A stretch of 64,000 nt of DNA from an uncultured Chloroflexia bacterium (GCA_963828165.1 CAWHDR010000001.1:1811543-1875542), one strand, 5' to 3'; positions 1 through 9,558 are shown, counted from the first letter of the stretch. Notes: generated by a model from the sequence alone, not told the origin. A program made the numbers and translations.

Positions 1-108
1 AGCACCATCGCGAGCATCGCGGCGCTTGCCGTCCGGATCGCATCGGGCCCCGCCGACTCCGTCACCCGGCCATGGTCCCCCAAACGCCCGATCCCGTCCG
101 TTCAGGGC

Positions 109-1452
109 GTGACGTGCGGGCGCTATCATCGCGTGGTGACTGAGGGGCCGGCGGAGTTGGTACGTGCGCCGGTCATCGGGCCGCATCAGCCGCTTCCGGA
201 TGAGGTCCTCGACGCCCTCGTCACCGTGCTCGACGAGGTTCGCCTCGGACGGTCGCGTTCCCGCTCCGAGCTCGTGGAGCGGACCGGCCTCGGCCGCGCG
301 ATCGTCGCGCGGCGGGTCCAGGAGCTGATCGATCGCGGGCTGTTGAGCGAGGGCGAGGTTGGCCCGAGCACCGGCGGTCGGCCGCCACGACAGCTCGCCT
401 TCTGTGCGGACGCCGGGCACGTCCTGGTCGCCGACCTCGGCGCGACCAGTATCGACGTCGCCGTCACGGGCCTGGATGGCCGGATCCTCGGCCACCACGA
501 CGAGCCCGCCCGGATCGAGGACGGTCCCGAGCGGGCGCTCGAGCGCGTCGACGCGCTGTTCGATTCCTTGCTGCGTACCACGCAGGAGATCCCCGGCCGG
601 CTGTGGGGGATCGGCATCGGCGTGCCTGGCCCCGTGGAATTCGACTCGGGGCGGCCGATCTCGCCGCCGATCATGCCGGGCTGGGACGGCTACCCGATCC
701 GGGAACGCCTCACCCAGCGTTATCGGGCGCCGGTCTGGGTCGATAACGACGTCAACCTGCTGGCGCTCGGGGAGTGGCGATCCGGTGTCGCGTCGGGTCA
801 CGACAACGTCGTGGTCGTCAAGATCGGGACCGGGATCGGCGCCGGCATCATCTCCGACGGCCGCCTGCATCGAGGGGCCCAGGGAAGCGCCGGCGACGTG
901 GGCCACATCCAGGTCACGGACGACCCGGCGATCGTGTGCCGGTGCGGCAATATCGGATGCCTGGAGGCGCTCGCGGGTGGCGCGGCGCTCGGGCGCGCCG
1001 GGGAGGCTGCAGCACTCGACGGCCGGAGCCCCCGGCTGCAAGCCGCCTTCGACCTGCACGGCAGCCTGTCGGCGGAGGATGTCGCCCGGGCCGCGTCATT
1101 CGGTGATCCGGTCGCCGTCGCGCAGCTGCAGGCCGCCGGTCGGCTGGTCGGCTCGATGCTGGCGGGCATCGTGAACTTCTTCAATCCATCGCTGATCGTC
1201 ATCGGCGGCGGCGTGGCCAACAGTCCGGACCAGCTCATGGCTGCGATCCGCGGGACGATCTATCGACGATCCCTGCCGCTCGCGACACGCGACCTGTCGA
1301 TCCAGCGCTCCTCGCTCGGGGCGCTCGCCGGCGTCATCGGGGCTTCCTCGATGGTCGTGGACCAGCTGTTCGCCCGGGGGGCGATCGCCCGCTGGATCGA
1401 AGCCGGCGACCCGGCATCGATGCCGGACCTGCCGCTGGCGCGCGCGGGCTAG
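109..1452 (+). CDS. ROK-family transcriptional regulator / sugar-kinase-like protein
   Basis: 447-aa ORF. N-terminal winged-helix stretch (SRSELVERTGLGRAIVARRVQELIDRGLL) is followed by a ROK fold with DNDVN, GTGIGAG and the Cys/His zinc motif GHIQV..CRCGNIGCLE. GTG start at 109; other in-frame GTGs at 133/136. Confidence 0.85.
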   Translation: MTCGRYHRVVTEGPAELVRAPVIGPHQPLPDEVLDALVTVLDEVRLGRSRSRSELVERTGLGRAIVARRVQELIDRGLLSEGEVGPSTGGRPPRQLAFCADAGHVLVADLGATSIDVAVTGLDGRILGHHDEPARIEDGPERALERVDALFDSLLRTTQEIPGRLWGIGIGVPGPVEFDSGRPISPPIMPGWDGYPIRERLTQRYRAPVWVDNDVNLLALGEWRSGVASGHDNVVVVKIGTGIGAGIISDGRLHRGAQGSAGDVGHIQVTDDPAIVCRCGNIGCLEALAGGAALGRAGEAAALDGRSPRLQAAFDLHGSLSAEDVARAASFGDPVAVAQLQAAGRLVGSMLAGIVNFFNPSLIVIGGGVANSPDQLMAAIRGTIYRRSLPLATRDLSIQRSSLGALAGVIGASSMVVDQLFARGAIARWIEAGDPASMPDLPLARAG

Positions 1453-1465
1453 GACTCGCGCGGGG

Positions 1466-1828
1466 TCAGTCGGCCGGTCGATCGCCGGCCGGGGCGCGGC
1501 GCTTCGCGACGAACGCCTCCGACTCCGTCGCGAGATCCAGCCAGGCATCGTCGGACGCCCGCTCCGAGACCGACAGCCACTCCTTCATCGGCCGGCCGTG
1601 ACCCGGATCGAAGCGCTCGCCCTCACCCGCCGCGACCAGCGCGTCGACGCGTCCCCGGTCGAGCTTGACCACCAGCCGGTCCTTCACGAGCATCGCGAAG
1701 ATCTTGCCGTTGGTCTTGAGCGACGTCGAACCGAACGCCTGCTGGGGTCGCGACTCGTTTCCGTACGTCGTGGCACCTTGAGCGAGGATCTTCTCGACGA
1801 GTGCCGCCCACCGTTCCTCCGCCGTCAT
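1466..1828 (-). CDS. small TfoX N-terminal-domain-like protein (hypothetical)
   Basis: 120-aa ORF with coding-like composition. The segment ..FGSTSLKTNGKIFAMLVKDRLVVKL..RVDALV..GEGERFDPGHGRPMKEWLSV resembles the TfoX_N/YjbR-like small protein family. Assignment made by eye only. Confidence 0.5.
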   Translation of the reverse strand: MTAEERWAALVEKILAQGATTYGNESRPQQAFGSTSLKTNGKIFAMLVKDRLVVKLDRGRVDALVAAGEGERFDPGHGRPMKEWLSVSERASDDAWLDLATESEAFVAKRRAPAGDRPAD

Positions 1829-1855
1829 GAGCCAGCCTCCAGGTGCCGGGTGGTC

Positions 1856-1883
1856 GCGTCACTCCGAGTGACGCACGCGTCAC
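1856..1883. promoter_or_regulatory. 19-bp palindrome GCGTCACTC-C-GAGTGACGC plus a third GCGTCAC half-site
   Basis: Perfect 9+1+9 inverted repeat at 1856-1874 and another GCGTCAC at 1877-1883. It lies 28-55 nt upstream of the ATG (1828) of the minus-strand gene 1466..1828 and downstream of the oxidoreductase operon end (2036). Operator or terminator-like element. Confidence 0.35.
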
Positions 1884-2035
1884 GAACCTGCATGAGTCGC
1901 CACCGACCTGGGCGATCTGGGCCCTCGACCACGCTCATTCATTCCCTACGTGCCACTGATGGTGCCGCCGCAGGTCGCGCGATGCCGCCGAGGTTCATCG
2001 CCGGCCGAACCCCTCCCCGGCGCGCTCGACGAGCA

Positions 2036-3235
2036 TCACGCGCCCGCCACGACCCGGTCACTGAAGTCGCCCGAGCCCTCGTCCTTGAGGATCAGCTTGT
2101 GCCGCCCATCTGGCAGGATCTCGCGCTTGATCACGACCAGCCCGTCGTACAGCTCAGGCGTAGACGCGATGCGTGCCGTCGTGCCGCCACGCCAGTCCAG
2201 CTCGACCCCCTCCCACAGGCCGGACTTCGCCGACCGGTAGCACGCGTCCATGATCGCGTTGACGACGTACCCGTCGTAGAACGTCTCCTGGGGTGCACCA
2301 CCAGCATCGATCGCGCGGAACATGTCGCTGAACATGTCCACGTAGCCGAGTTCGGACACCTCGTCGCCGACCGGGAACAGCCACCCGGCTGACGTCTCCG
2401 CCTTCTCCGCAACGTAGCCGCCCCCGCCCCCGGCCGTGAACATCTCGAACCCGGTCCGCAGGAAGTGGTTCAGCCAGATCGTGCCGTGGGTACCGGCCAC
2501 CTCGTCGCGCAGGTCCATGCCGCCGCGGAACGTCCAGCTGACCTCGAACTGCCCGATCGCTCCGGACTCGAAGCGGATCAGCGCCACCGCGTTGTCCTCG
2601 TCGGCGATGGGATGGACGAGCGTGTCGGTGTGGCACATGACGTCGACCGGCCGGTTCCCCTTGCCGACGAAGTTGCGGACGATCTCGATGCAGTGGCAGC
2701 CGAGGTCGATGATCGCCCCGCCGCCGGTGAGCCGTCCGTCCCAGAACCATGCGGAATGCGGCCCCGGATGCGTCTCGCGTGACCGGACCCAGGTCACGTC
2801 GCCGAGGGCGCCGTCCTGGACGGCCTTGATCGCCTTGAGCGTCTTGGGCGTGTAGCACAGGTCCTCGAGATAGCCACCGAACACCCCGGCCGCCTCGACG
2901 ACATCGAGCATGCGCTTCGCCTCTTCTGCGGTTCGTCCGAGGGGCTTCGTACAGAGGATGGCCTTTCCGGCCTTCGCGGCCAGCCCGACCGCCTCCTCGT
3001 GGAGGAAGTTGGGCAGCGCGACGACCACGACGTCCGTTTCGGGATGGTTCACCGCCGCGGCCAGGTCGGCCGTCGACTCGGGGATCGACCAGCGCTCGCG
3101 GAACGCCGACCCGCGCCCCTCGCTGCGCGAGTACACGACCCGGACCTGGTCGCGGCCGCGCTGGCCGTGCAGGGTCATCGTGTAGAAGTCGGCGATGAGC
3201 CCGGTTCCCAGCATCGAGATGCGATGGCCGTCCAT
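2036..3235 (-). CDS. Gfo/Idh/MocA family NAD(P)-dependent oxidoreductase
   Basis: C-terminal 399 codons of the 847-aa ORF. Own ATG at 3235, preceded by GAGGAGGA 5 nt upstream. Rossmann N-terminus [18 protein letters not shown], then ..[22 protein letters not shown] and a typical C-terminal alpha/beta domain. Confidence 0.85.
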   Translation of the reverse strand: MDGHRISMLGTGLIADFYTMTLHGQRGRDQVRVVYSRSEGRGSAFRERWSIPESTADLAAAVNHPETDVVVVALPNFLHEEAVGLAAKAGKAILCTKPLGRTAEEAKRMLDVVEAAGVFGGYLEDLCYTPKTLKAIKAVQDGALGDVTWVRSRETHPGPHSAWFWDGRLTGGGAIIDLGCHCIEIVRNFVGKGNRPVDVMCHTDTLVHPIADEDNAVALIRFESGAIGQFEVSWTFRGGMDLRDEVAGTHGTIWLNHFLRTGFEMFTAGGGGGYVAEKAETSAGWLFPVGDEVSELGYVDMFSDMFRAIDAGGAPQETFYDGYVVNAIMDACYRSAKSGLWEGVELDWRGGTTARIASTPELYDGLVVIKREILPDGRHKLILKDEGSGDFSDRVVAGA

Positions 3236-4237
3236 GTGGTCCTCCTCGGGGTGAGCGGTCAGGTGAGGGCTCGACGGCGCGGCCGCGAACGTGAACGCGC
3301 GCGCCGGATTGGTCACGAACAGGCGGTGGCGCACCGGACTCGTCCACCCCGCCGTCGGCCAGGATGCGGGTGAAGCCAGTCGAGCAGCCACACGAGCCCC
3401 GGGTCCACCGCCGTGGACCTTGTAGTAGCGACGACGGGCAGCATCCATCCCGAGGACGATCCGTTCGACGTGCCCATCCTCGACCATCCAGCGGATGAGC
3501 TGGAGGGTCCCGTTCGGCTCGTCGTCCTCCCAGCGGAACGAGCCGTCGTACTCGCCGTAGGCCCCGGAGGCCAGCAGCTCGCGGTGATAGCCCCGATCGA
3601 CGACCTTGTCGACGTGGCTCAGCACGATGTGTCGCGCCGCGACGCCGTGGTCGCGCAGGACCCGGATCTGCTCGAGCGCGCCCGCCCCGTGCTCGCAGTG
3701 GGTGAGGATCGGGACGCCCGTTCGGCGATGGGTCTCGGCGGCGGCCTCGAACACTCGCCGGTCGCGGGGTGACAGCCCGCCCTCGGACCCGGCGACCTTC
3801 ACGACGCCGGCACGGAACGCGGTCCGGCGCACGACCGGCCCGGCGTAGTCATAGGCATCGATGCCTTCAGTGACGTCCGCCGTGAACAGGTCGGCGAGCT
3901 CCTCGACCGAGACCCGGTGGCTCCAATGCGCCGGGCCGTAGTAGCGGTCGTGATGCAGTCCCGTGGGCGCAACGACCTGCACCCCGGTCCGCTTCGAGAG
4001 GTCCGCCAGCTTGACGACGTTGCGGCCTGCATCGCACGGCATCGCATCGACCACGGAGCGCAGCCCCAGCGCGGCCGCCTCGGCCAGCTCGGTCGCCATC
4101 GCCTCGACGTCCCCGAGATCGAATTCCGGCTCGAGCTCGACCGGCCGCCCGCCGTCGATGACGAGGTGCTCGTGGGCGTAGGTCACCCCGAGCTCCTCGG
4201 GGGCGATGTCACCGAGCACGGTCCGGACGGAGGTCAT
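3236..4237 (-). CDS. phosphotriesterase-family (PHP/PTE-like) metal-dependent hydrolase; no stop codon of its own
   Basis: [30 protein letters not shown].. (HxH metal motif), ..[10 protein letters not shown].., ..ILTHCEHG.., ..VLSHVD.., ..GMDAA... ATG at 4237 overlaps the upstream TGA (ATGA). It reads in frame straight into the next gene. The C-terminal helix region looks frame-scrambled (see findings). Confidence 0.75.
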
Positions 4238-5586
4238 CGCACGATCGCCTCCGGCGCGTCGGCGACTTCCAGGATCGCGCCGTCGGCCCGCAGTCGATCG
4301 CGCAGGGCGCTCACCTCGACCTCGCGCGGATCGCGCCCGCCGGCCACCGACAGGGCCGCCGCGGTGCCCGCCGCCTGGCCCATCGCCATGCACTGGGCCA
4401 TCGAGCGGACCGACGCGTGCGCGTCGTGGGTCGCGCTGAAACAACGGCCGGCGACCAGGACGTTCGCGGCGTCGCGGACCACGAGCGTCCGGTACGGGAT
4501 CCCGACGGCCGCGCCGTCCGGCAGGTACTGCCAGACAGTGCCCGCGCCGCCGTGGTGGTCCTCGATGGGCGCACCGCACAGGCCGATGCCGTCGTCGAAG
4601 GCACGCGCGCCCAGGACGTCGTCCCGGGTCAACCGGTAATCGCCGTAGACGCGCCGGGTCTCGCGGACCCCGATCTGCGTCCCGAGCGCGACCAGTGACG
4701 CACCTTCGTACCCGGGCACGCGATCGACGAGGAACCGGACGTACTCGAGCGCCTGGCGCCGGCCGGCGATCTCAGCATCGGTCAGGAACCACGGGTCCGT
4801 CGCGTTGACGAGGCGGCCGTCGGTTTCGCGCCGGACCGAATCGAGTCTGGTCATGATCGTGGCCGTCACGCCGTCGATCGGGGTGATGTGGTCGCTGCCC
4901 TCGCGCCGAGGCAGGTCGTAGTCGCCCGAGTCCGCGGCCTCGGCCATCAGCCGGTGGAAATCGGCCTTGGGGATCGCGCGCCGCCGCTCGAGGTCGACGT
5001 TGGCCATGCGGAACGTCGTCGTCAGGGTCTGGGCCGGATCGACCTCACCCGCCGTCTCGTAGCCGAACCCCGCGAATGCGCACAGGTCCGCGTCGCCGGA
5101 GGCATCCACGAAGGCCTTCGCGCGCACGCGTGCGAGGCCGGCCCGCGTCGCGACGACGAGCGCCTCGACGCGCCCATCTCGGACCTCGGCCGCCTGCACG
5201 AGCGCGTGGAGCAGGGGGCGGGCGCCGGTTCCGGTCACCAGGCGCTCCCACACGACCTTGAGGTGCTCCGCGAGATAGGTCACGCCGGTCCCAGCGCCGT
5301 ACGTGTTGGGCCGCTCCACGACCGGGCCCAGCTCCCGCAGGCCCGCCACGACGTCGTCGCCGATGCCACCGACCACCTTGCGCGCGGACGAACCCGGGGT
5401 GTAGAAGCCATAGAACGTGTCGAGGACCGCGGTGCTGGTGCCGCCGAGGAACGGCAGCCGGTCGATCAGCAGGACCGAGGCGCCACCTCGGGCAGCGGCG
5501 ATGGCCGCCGTCGATCCGGCGGAGCCGGAGCCCACCACGCATACGTCGACGTCGGCGATCGTGGGTGCCCGCGTCGTGAAGGTCAC
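4234..5586 (-). CDS. FAD-dependent oxidoreductase
   Basis: 450-aa ORF. Dinucleotide-binding motif [30 protein letters not shown] at the N-terminus, and C-terminal ..[33 protein letters not shown] typical of the FAD_oxidored / GIDA-like family. GTGA overlap with the upstream SDR gene. Confidence 0.8.
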   Translation of the reverse strand: MTFTTRAPTIADVDVCVVGSGSAGSTAAIAAARGGASVLLIDRLPFLGGTSTAVLDTFYGFYTPGSSARKVVGGIGDDVVAGLRELGPVVERPNTYGAGTGVTYLAEHLKVVWERLVTGTGARPLLHALVQAAEVRDGRVEALVVATRAGLARVRAKAFVDASGDADLCAFAGFGYETAGEVDPAQTLTTTFRMANVDLERRRAIPKADFHRLMAEAADSGDYDLPRREGSDHITPIDGVTATIMTRLDSVRRETDGRLVNATDPWFLTDAEIAGRRQALEYVRFLVDRVPGYEGASLVALGTQIGVRETRRVYGDYRLTRDDVLGARAFDDGIGLCGAPIEDHHGGAGTVWQYLPDGAAVGIPYRTLVVRDAANVLVAGRCFSATHDAHASVRSMAQCMAMGQAAGTAAALSVAGGRDPREVEVSALRDRLRADGAILEVADAPEAIVR

Positions 5587-6395
5587 GGCTCGGCCGTGGA
5601 AGCGGGTTCGGGGGACACGGACGTCACCGACCAGCCGCCATCGACCTTGAGCATCTGGCCCGTGACGGCCCGCGATTCGTCGGAGAGGAAGTAGATGGCC
5701 GCCTGTGCCACCTCGTCGGGGTCGAGCATCTCGCCGGCGAGCGGCTGCTTCCGGCGGGCGTAGGCGAGGATCGCCGCATCGTCGGCCGCACGCTTGGCCA
5801 TCGGCGTCCGCGTCAGCGACGGTGCCACGATGTTGACCCGGATGCCGTCGGGCGCGTAGGTCGCGGCCATCGTCGTCATCAGCGCCGTGAGGGCACCCTT
5901 GGCGGCGGCGTAGGCATGGGTCGCGAACAGGTCCGGCGCGGGGTCCGTGGTCGTGACGCTGCCCATCAGCAGGATCGAACCGCGCGTCCCGGAGGCGTTG
6001 GGTGATTGCTGGAGCATCTGGCGGACGACGGCGGAGCAGACCAGCACCTGGGTCCGCAGGTTGAGGGCAGCCGTGGCCTCCCAGGCGTCGCCGCTCACCG
6101 TGTGGATCGGGCCGTCACCGAACCGACGGCCGCTGCCACCTGCGACGGAGAACAGGCCATCGATCCTGCCGAACCGTTCGACCGTCGCGGTCACGGCGGC
6201 GCCCACCTCGGCCTCCTCGGTCAGTTCGGCCCCCGCCCACGCGGCACCCAGGCGCTCCGCGAGGCCGCGGGCGTGGTCGGCCGTGCGCGACGTGACGAAG
6301 ACGCTGGCTCCTTCGGCGACGCAGCGTTCCGCGGCCGCGGCGGCGATGCCGGTGGAACCCGTGATGAGGATCACGCGATGGCGCAGGCGGTCCAT
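5583..6395 (-). CDS. SDR family oxidoreductase
   Basis: 270-aa ORF. ILITGSTGIAAAAAERCVAEGASVFV (TGxxxGxG-type) cofactor motif, catalytic YAAAKGAL (YxxxK), and IRVNIVAPS. First gene of the minus-strand operon. Confidence 0.85.
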   Translation of the reverse strand: MDRLRHRVILITGSTGIAAAAAERCVAEGASVFVTSRTADHARGLAERLGAAWAGAELTEEAEVGAAVTATVERFGRIDGLFSVAGGSGRRFGDGPIHTVSGDAWEATAALNLRTQVLVCSAVVRQMLQQSPNASGTRGSILLMGSVTTTDPAPDLFATHAYAAAKGALTALMTTMAATYAPDGIRVNIVAPSLTRTPMAKRAADDAAILAYARRKQPLAGEMLDPDEVAQAAIYFLSDESRAVTGQMLKVDGGWSVTSVSPEPASTAEP

Positions 6396-6406
6396 GCGTC
6401 AATGAT

Positions 6407-6423
6407 GACTCGGCGGCCGAGTC
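6407..6423. promoter_or_regulatory. palindrome GACTCGGC-G-GCCGAGTC in the divergent SDR-operon / mocR promoter region
   Basis: 8+1+8 perfect inverted repeat between the SDR start (6395) and the MocR start (6496). A TAGCAT -10-like hexamer at 6480-6485 sits 10 nt before the ATG at 6496, so the mRNA may be leaderless. Confidence 0.3.
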
Positions 6424-6495
6424 GGGACGCAGTCGCGCGGGCCCTGCCTGGCCGCGGTGCGTCGCCGCACGTCCTGCGCTAGCATCGCTGGCATC

Positions 6496-7956
6496 ATGGA
6501 GGCACTCGCTACACCCCTTCTCGAAGAGGCCACGGGCGGTCGGGACGTCCTCCTCGAGATGGACCTCCGCCGCGGCCAGCTCCGTCGCAACCTGCGTTGC
6601 GCCATTCGCGAGGCGATCCAGGACGGCCGGCTTGCCACGGGCACGCGCCTGCCTTCCTCGCGCCGGCTCGCCACGGACCTGCGGGTGTCGCGCGGGGTCG
6701 TCGCCGACACCTATGACCAGCTGACCGCGGAGGGCTATCTCGAGACCCAGCCGCGCCAGGCGCCCCTCGTCGCGGGCGTGGGTGCCGCGCCGCCGATCGC
6801 CGCCGAGCCGGCCCGCCCTAGCTGGGCCGTCGACTTCATCGCCACCACTCCGGACGTGGAGCTGTTCCCTCGTCGGGCCTGGATCCGCGCCGCGGAGCGA
6901 GCGCTGCGAGACGCCCCCAATGAAGCGTTCGACTACGGCGATCACCGCGGTCGCATCGAGCTCCGTCGGGCGCTCAGCGGCTACCTCGGCCGAGTTCGCG
7001 GCGTCCGTATCGAACCCGAGCGGATGGTCATCACCCAGGGCTTCACCCAGGGTCTCGATCTCCTTGCGCGGGTGCTCCTGGCGCGCGGCTCGATGGAGAT
7101 CGCGTTCGAGGCTCCGTCCCAGCCGACCGGCTGGGCCACCCCGGAGGCGGTGGGGCTGCGCGTGGTGGGTGTCCCGGTCGATGGCGATGGTGTCCGGACG
7201 GATGCGCTGGACGCGCTCGGCGCGGCCGCCATCGTCGTGACGCCGGCGCACCAGTTCCCGACGGGCGCCGTGATGGCGCCGGAGCGGCGCGCGGACCTCG
7301 TCGCGTGGGCCAACCGAGCGGACCGGCTCATCATCGAGGACGACTACGACGCCGAGTACCGCTACGACCGCAACGCCATCGGCGCGATCCAGGGCCTGGA
7401 TCCGTGCCGCGTGATCCACATCGGGACGGCCTCGAAGACGCTGGCGCCGGGCATCCGCCTGGGCTGGATGAGCCTGCCGGACACGCTGATCGACGAGGTT
7501 CGCGCCGCGAAGGCCGCTCAGGACTCCGGTTCTCCGTCGATCGAGCAGCTCGCGCTCGCCGCGCTCATCGACAGCGGCGACTACGACCGCCACGTGGCGC
7601 GTGCACGCCACGTCTACCGGCAGCGGCGCGACGCGCTGATCGCGGCGCTCGGCCGGCACCTGCCCGGGCTCACCATCCAGGGCGCCGCGGCGGGACTGCA
7701 CGTCCTGCTTCGATTGGCCGACGACGTGGACGACGTCGCGATCGCGGCCGCAGCCGCGGAGCGCGGGATCGGGATCAACCCGCTCTCGCCGATGTCACGC
7801 TCTGGCGCGCCGAGACGCGGGCTCGTGCTGGGCTACAGCCGATTGACGGTGGAACGGATCGAGACGGCGGTGGGCGCCCTGGCGGTCGTACTCGCGGATG
7901 CCGGGGTGACCGCGCCGGGCCGCCCGGTTGCCTCAGCTCAGGCCTCGTCCTCGTAG
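6496..7956 (+). CDS. MocR/PdxR-type GntR-family regulator with aminotransferase-like (PLP) domain
   Basis: N-terminal GntR wHTH (RLPSSRRLATDLRVSRGVVADTYDQLTAEGYL) joined to a roughly 350-aa class-I aminotransferase-like domain (..IHIGTASKTLAPGIRLGW..). The ORF opens at 6457; the ATG at 6496 is preferred. Confidence 0.85.
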   Translation: MEALATPLLEEATGGRDVLLEMDLRRGQLRRNLRCAIREAIQDGRLATGTRLPSSRRLATDLRVSRGVVADTYDQLTAEGYLETQPRQAPLVAGVGAAPPIAAEPARPSWAVDFIATTPDVELFPRRAWIRAAERALRDAPNEAFDYGDHRGRIELRRALSGYLGRVRGVRIEPERMVITQGFTQGLDLLARVLLARGSMEIAFEAPSQPTGWATPEAVGLRVVGVPVDGDGVRTDALDALGAAAIVVTPAHQFPTGAVMAPERRADLVAWANRADRLIIEDDYDAEYRYDRNAIGAIQGLDPCRVIHIGTASKTLAPGIRLGWMSLPDTLIDEVRAAKAAQDSGSPSIEQLALAALIDSGDYDRHVARARHVYRQRRDALIAALGRHLPGLTIQGAAAGLHVLLRLADDVDDVAIAAAAAERGIGINPLSPMSRSGAPRRGLVLGYSRLTVERIETAVGALAVVLADAGVTAPGRPVASAQASSS

Positions 7957-8357
7957 TCCCAGGCCCGGATGACACCGGGCTCGACCCGGATCACGACCCC
8001 GGGCGCATAGGAGGAGACCATCCGCTCGGCCGCCTCGGGGCCGTCGTAGCGCAGGGCCGTCCGCCCGAGCACGTCGTAGAAGTCGTCCCCGGACACGGTC
8101 GCCTCGCCGCGGATCTCGAAGCCCTTGTACGGCCATTCGCTGTTGGCCACGACGACCGTGACCCGCGGGTCGCGCTGGACATGGGCGACCTTGCCGCCCT
8201 CCGGGGTTGGCACCCACACGTTGATGCCCCCGTCGCGCCACTCGAACCAGACCGGCGAGAGCATCACGGTGTCGTCCTTGCGTCGCGTGGCGAGGACCGC
8301 GATGAGTGGCTGCTCGAGCAGGTCGGCGACATCTTCGGCGCGGAGGTCAGTTCGCAT
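7938..8357 (-). CDS. pyridoxamine 5'-phosphate oxidase-family (split-barrel, possibly F420/FMN-dependent) protein
   Basis: MRTDLRAEDVADLLEQPLIAVLATRRKDDTVMLSPVWFEWRDGGINVW..VQRDPRVTVVV.. is a typical PPOX-class fold. The ORF extends to 8402; the ATG at 8357 is preferred. Convergent 19-nt overlap with the MocR gene. Confidence 0.7.
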   Translation of the reverse strand: MRTDLRAEDVADLLEQPLIAVLATRRKDDTVMLSPVWFEWRDGGINVWVPTPEGGKVAHVQRDPRVTVVVANSEWPYKGFEIRGEATVSGDDFYDVLGRTALRYDGPEAAERMVSSYAPGVVIRVEPGVIRAWDYEDEA

Positions 8358-9297
8358 CGGTCGGGACTCCACTGGTGGGGGAGGAGAGCCGGTTCGGTCC
8401 AAACCGTCCGAACCCGATCCGGCTGTTGACGAGCGCGATGCCCCCGACGATCAGCCCCAGCCCGGCGAGCAGGCGCCCATCGAGCGGCTCGTGGAGCACG
8501 AGCACGCCAAGGGTGACACCGAACACCGGCAGCAGGTACGCAACGACGGCCGTCCCGGCGGCACCGCGCCGGCCGAGGAGCCCGAAGAAGACGAGGTAGG
8601 CCACGCCGGACCCGAGCAATCCAAGCCACACGACCGCCAGGAGCGCCTCCGGCTCCAGGGTCAGCTCGAACGGGCGCTCAAGGACGAAGGCGAGCACGCT
8701 CGTGATCAGCAGCCCGAACCCGACCTGGAACAACGCCGGGATCATCGGCCGCAGGCCGCGCACGTTCCGCCGTGCGTAGACGGCGCCTGCCGCGTAGGAG
8801 ATCGTGGCCGCGATGACGGCGAGCGCCCCGAGGAGGTCGACGCCAGCCGTAGCGGCCGGGTCGAAGCCCACGAGCAGCGCCACGCCCACGAAGCCAAGCA
8901 GCACGCCGACGACGCGTCCGACCGTCAGCGGCTCGTCGCGTAGGAAGATCGCGCCGATCGGGATCACGAAGATCGGCACGGCGGCGTTGAGGACGGACGT
9001 CAACGTCGAGTCGACGTGCATCTCGGCCCAGGTGATGAGCGTGAATGGCACGGCGACGTTGATGGCGCCCATGACGAAGAGGTGACCGTAGATCCGCGCA
9101 TCGCGCGGCAGCTGCTCACGGGCAGCGGCCACGACGACGGCAAGCAGCCCGAACCCGATCAGCAATCGGAGCATCACGAGCGTGAATGGGGGAAGCCCCG
9201 CCTCGACGCCGATCTTGATGAACAGGAAGCTGCTGCCCCACAGGAACCCGAGGAGGATGAAGAGGAGCCAGTCCGTGCGTGAGGTCGAAGCGGTCAT
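8347..9297 (-). CDS. EamA/DMT family transporter
   Basis: About 10 predicted TM helices in two EamA-like halves (..LLFILLGFLWGSSFLFIKIGV.. / ..LLGSGVAYLVFFGLL..). The ORF extends to 9339; the ATG at 9297 (MTASTS) is preferred. Confidence 0.8.
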   Translation of the reverse strand: MTASTSRTDWLLFILLGFLWGSSFLFIKIGVEAGLPPFTLVMLRLLIGFGLLAVVVAAAREQLPRDARIYGHLFVMGAINVAVPFTLITWAEMHVDSTLTSVLNAAVPIFVIPIGAIFLRDEPLTVGRVVGVLLGFVGVALLVGFDPAATAGVDLLGALAVIAATISYAAGAVYARRNVRGLRPMIPALFQVGFGLLITSVLAFVLERPFELTLEPEALLAVVWLGLLGSGVAYLVFFGLLGRRGAAGTAVVAYLLPVFGVTLGVLVLHEPLDGRLLAGLGLIVGGIALVNSRIGFGRFGPNRLSSPTSGVPTDAN

Positions 9298-9395
9298 GCC
9301 GCCATCGTCGCGGGCGGCTGGCTCCATGCCTAGGACCACGGAGCATGGCCTTGATGGGTCCAGTTGCCCGGACCATCCGGTCCACGTGCGTGCCG

Positions 9396-9424
9396 TTGAC
9401 GGCGCTCCCGCGGCGGTCTATGCT
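9396..9424 (+). promoter_or_regulatory. sigma-70-type promoter upstream of rho (-35 TTGACG, 17-nt spacer, -10 TATGCT)
   Basis: TTGACG at 9396-9401 and TATGCT at 9419-9424, exactly 17 nt apart, in the 160-nt gap before the rho ORF. Confidence 0.5.
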
Positions 9425-9558
9425 CGGCGTATCCCGACGGTATCTGCGCTGCGGCGACGCCTGCGCGCACCCCGCTCGGTCCCATGCGACCCGGACGCCC
9501 TCGCCCCAGGAAGAGTGCATCCGTCCCGCCTTCACCCATACAAGGTGACCCTGTTCAG

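Noticed and set aside
1466-1828. The TfoX_N-like protein as a competence regulator linked to comEA and comEC.
   Set aside because: It has only the short N-terminal-domain-like fold, lies 15 kb from the com genes, and shows no operon or motif link. Family members of this size are widespread and not competence-specific.
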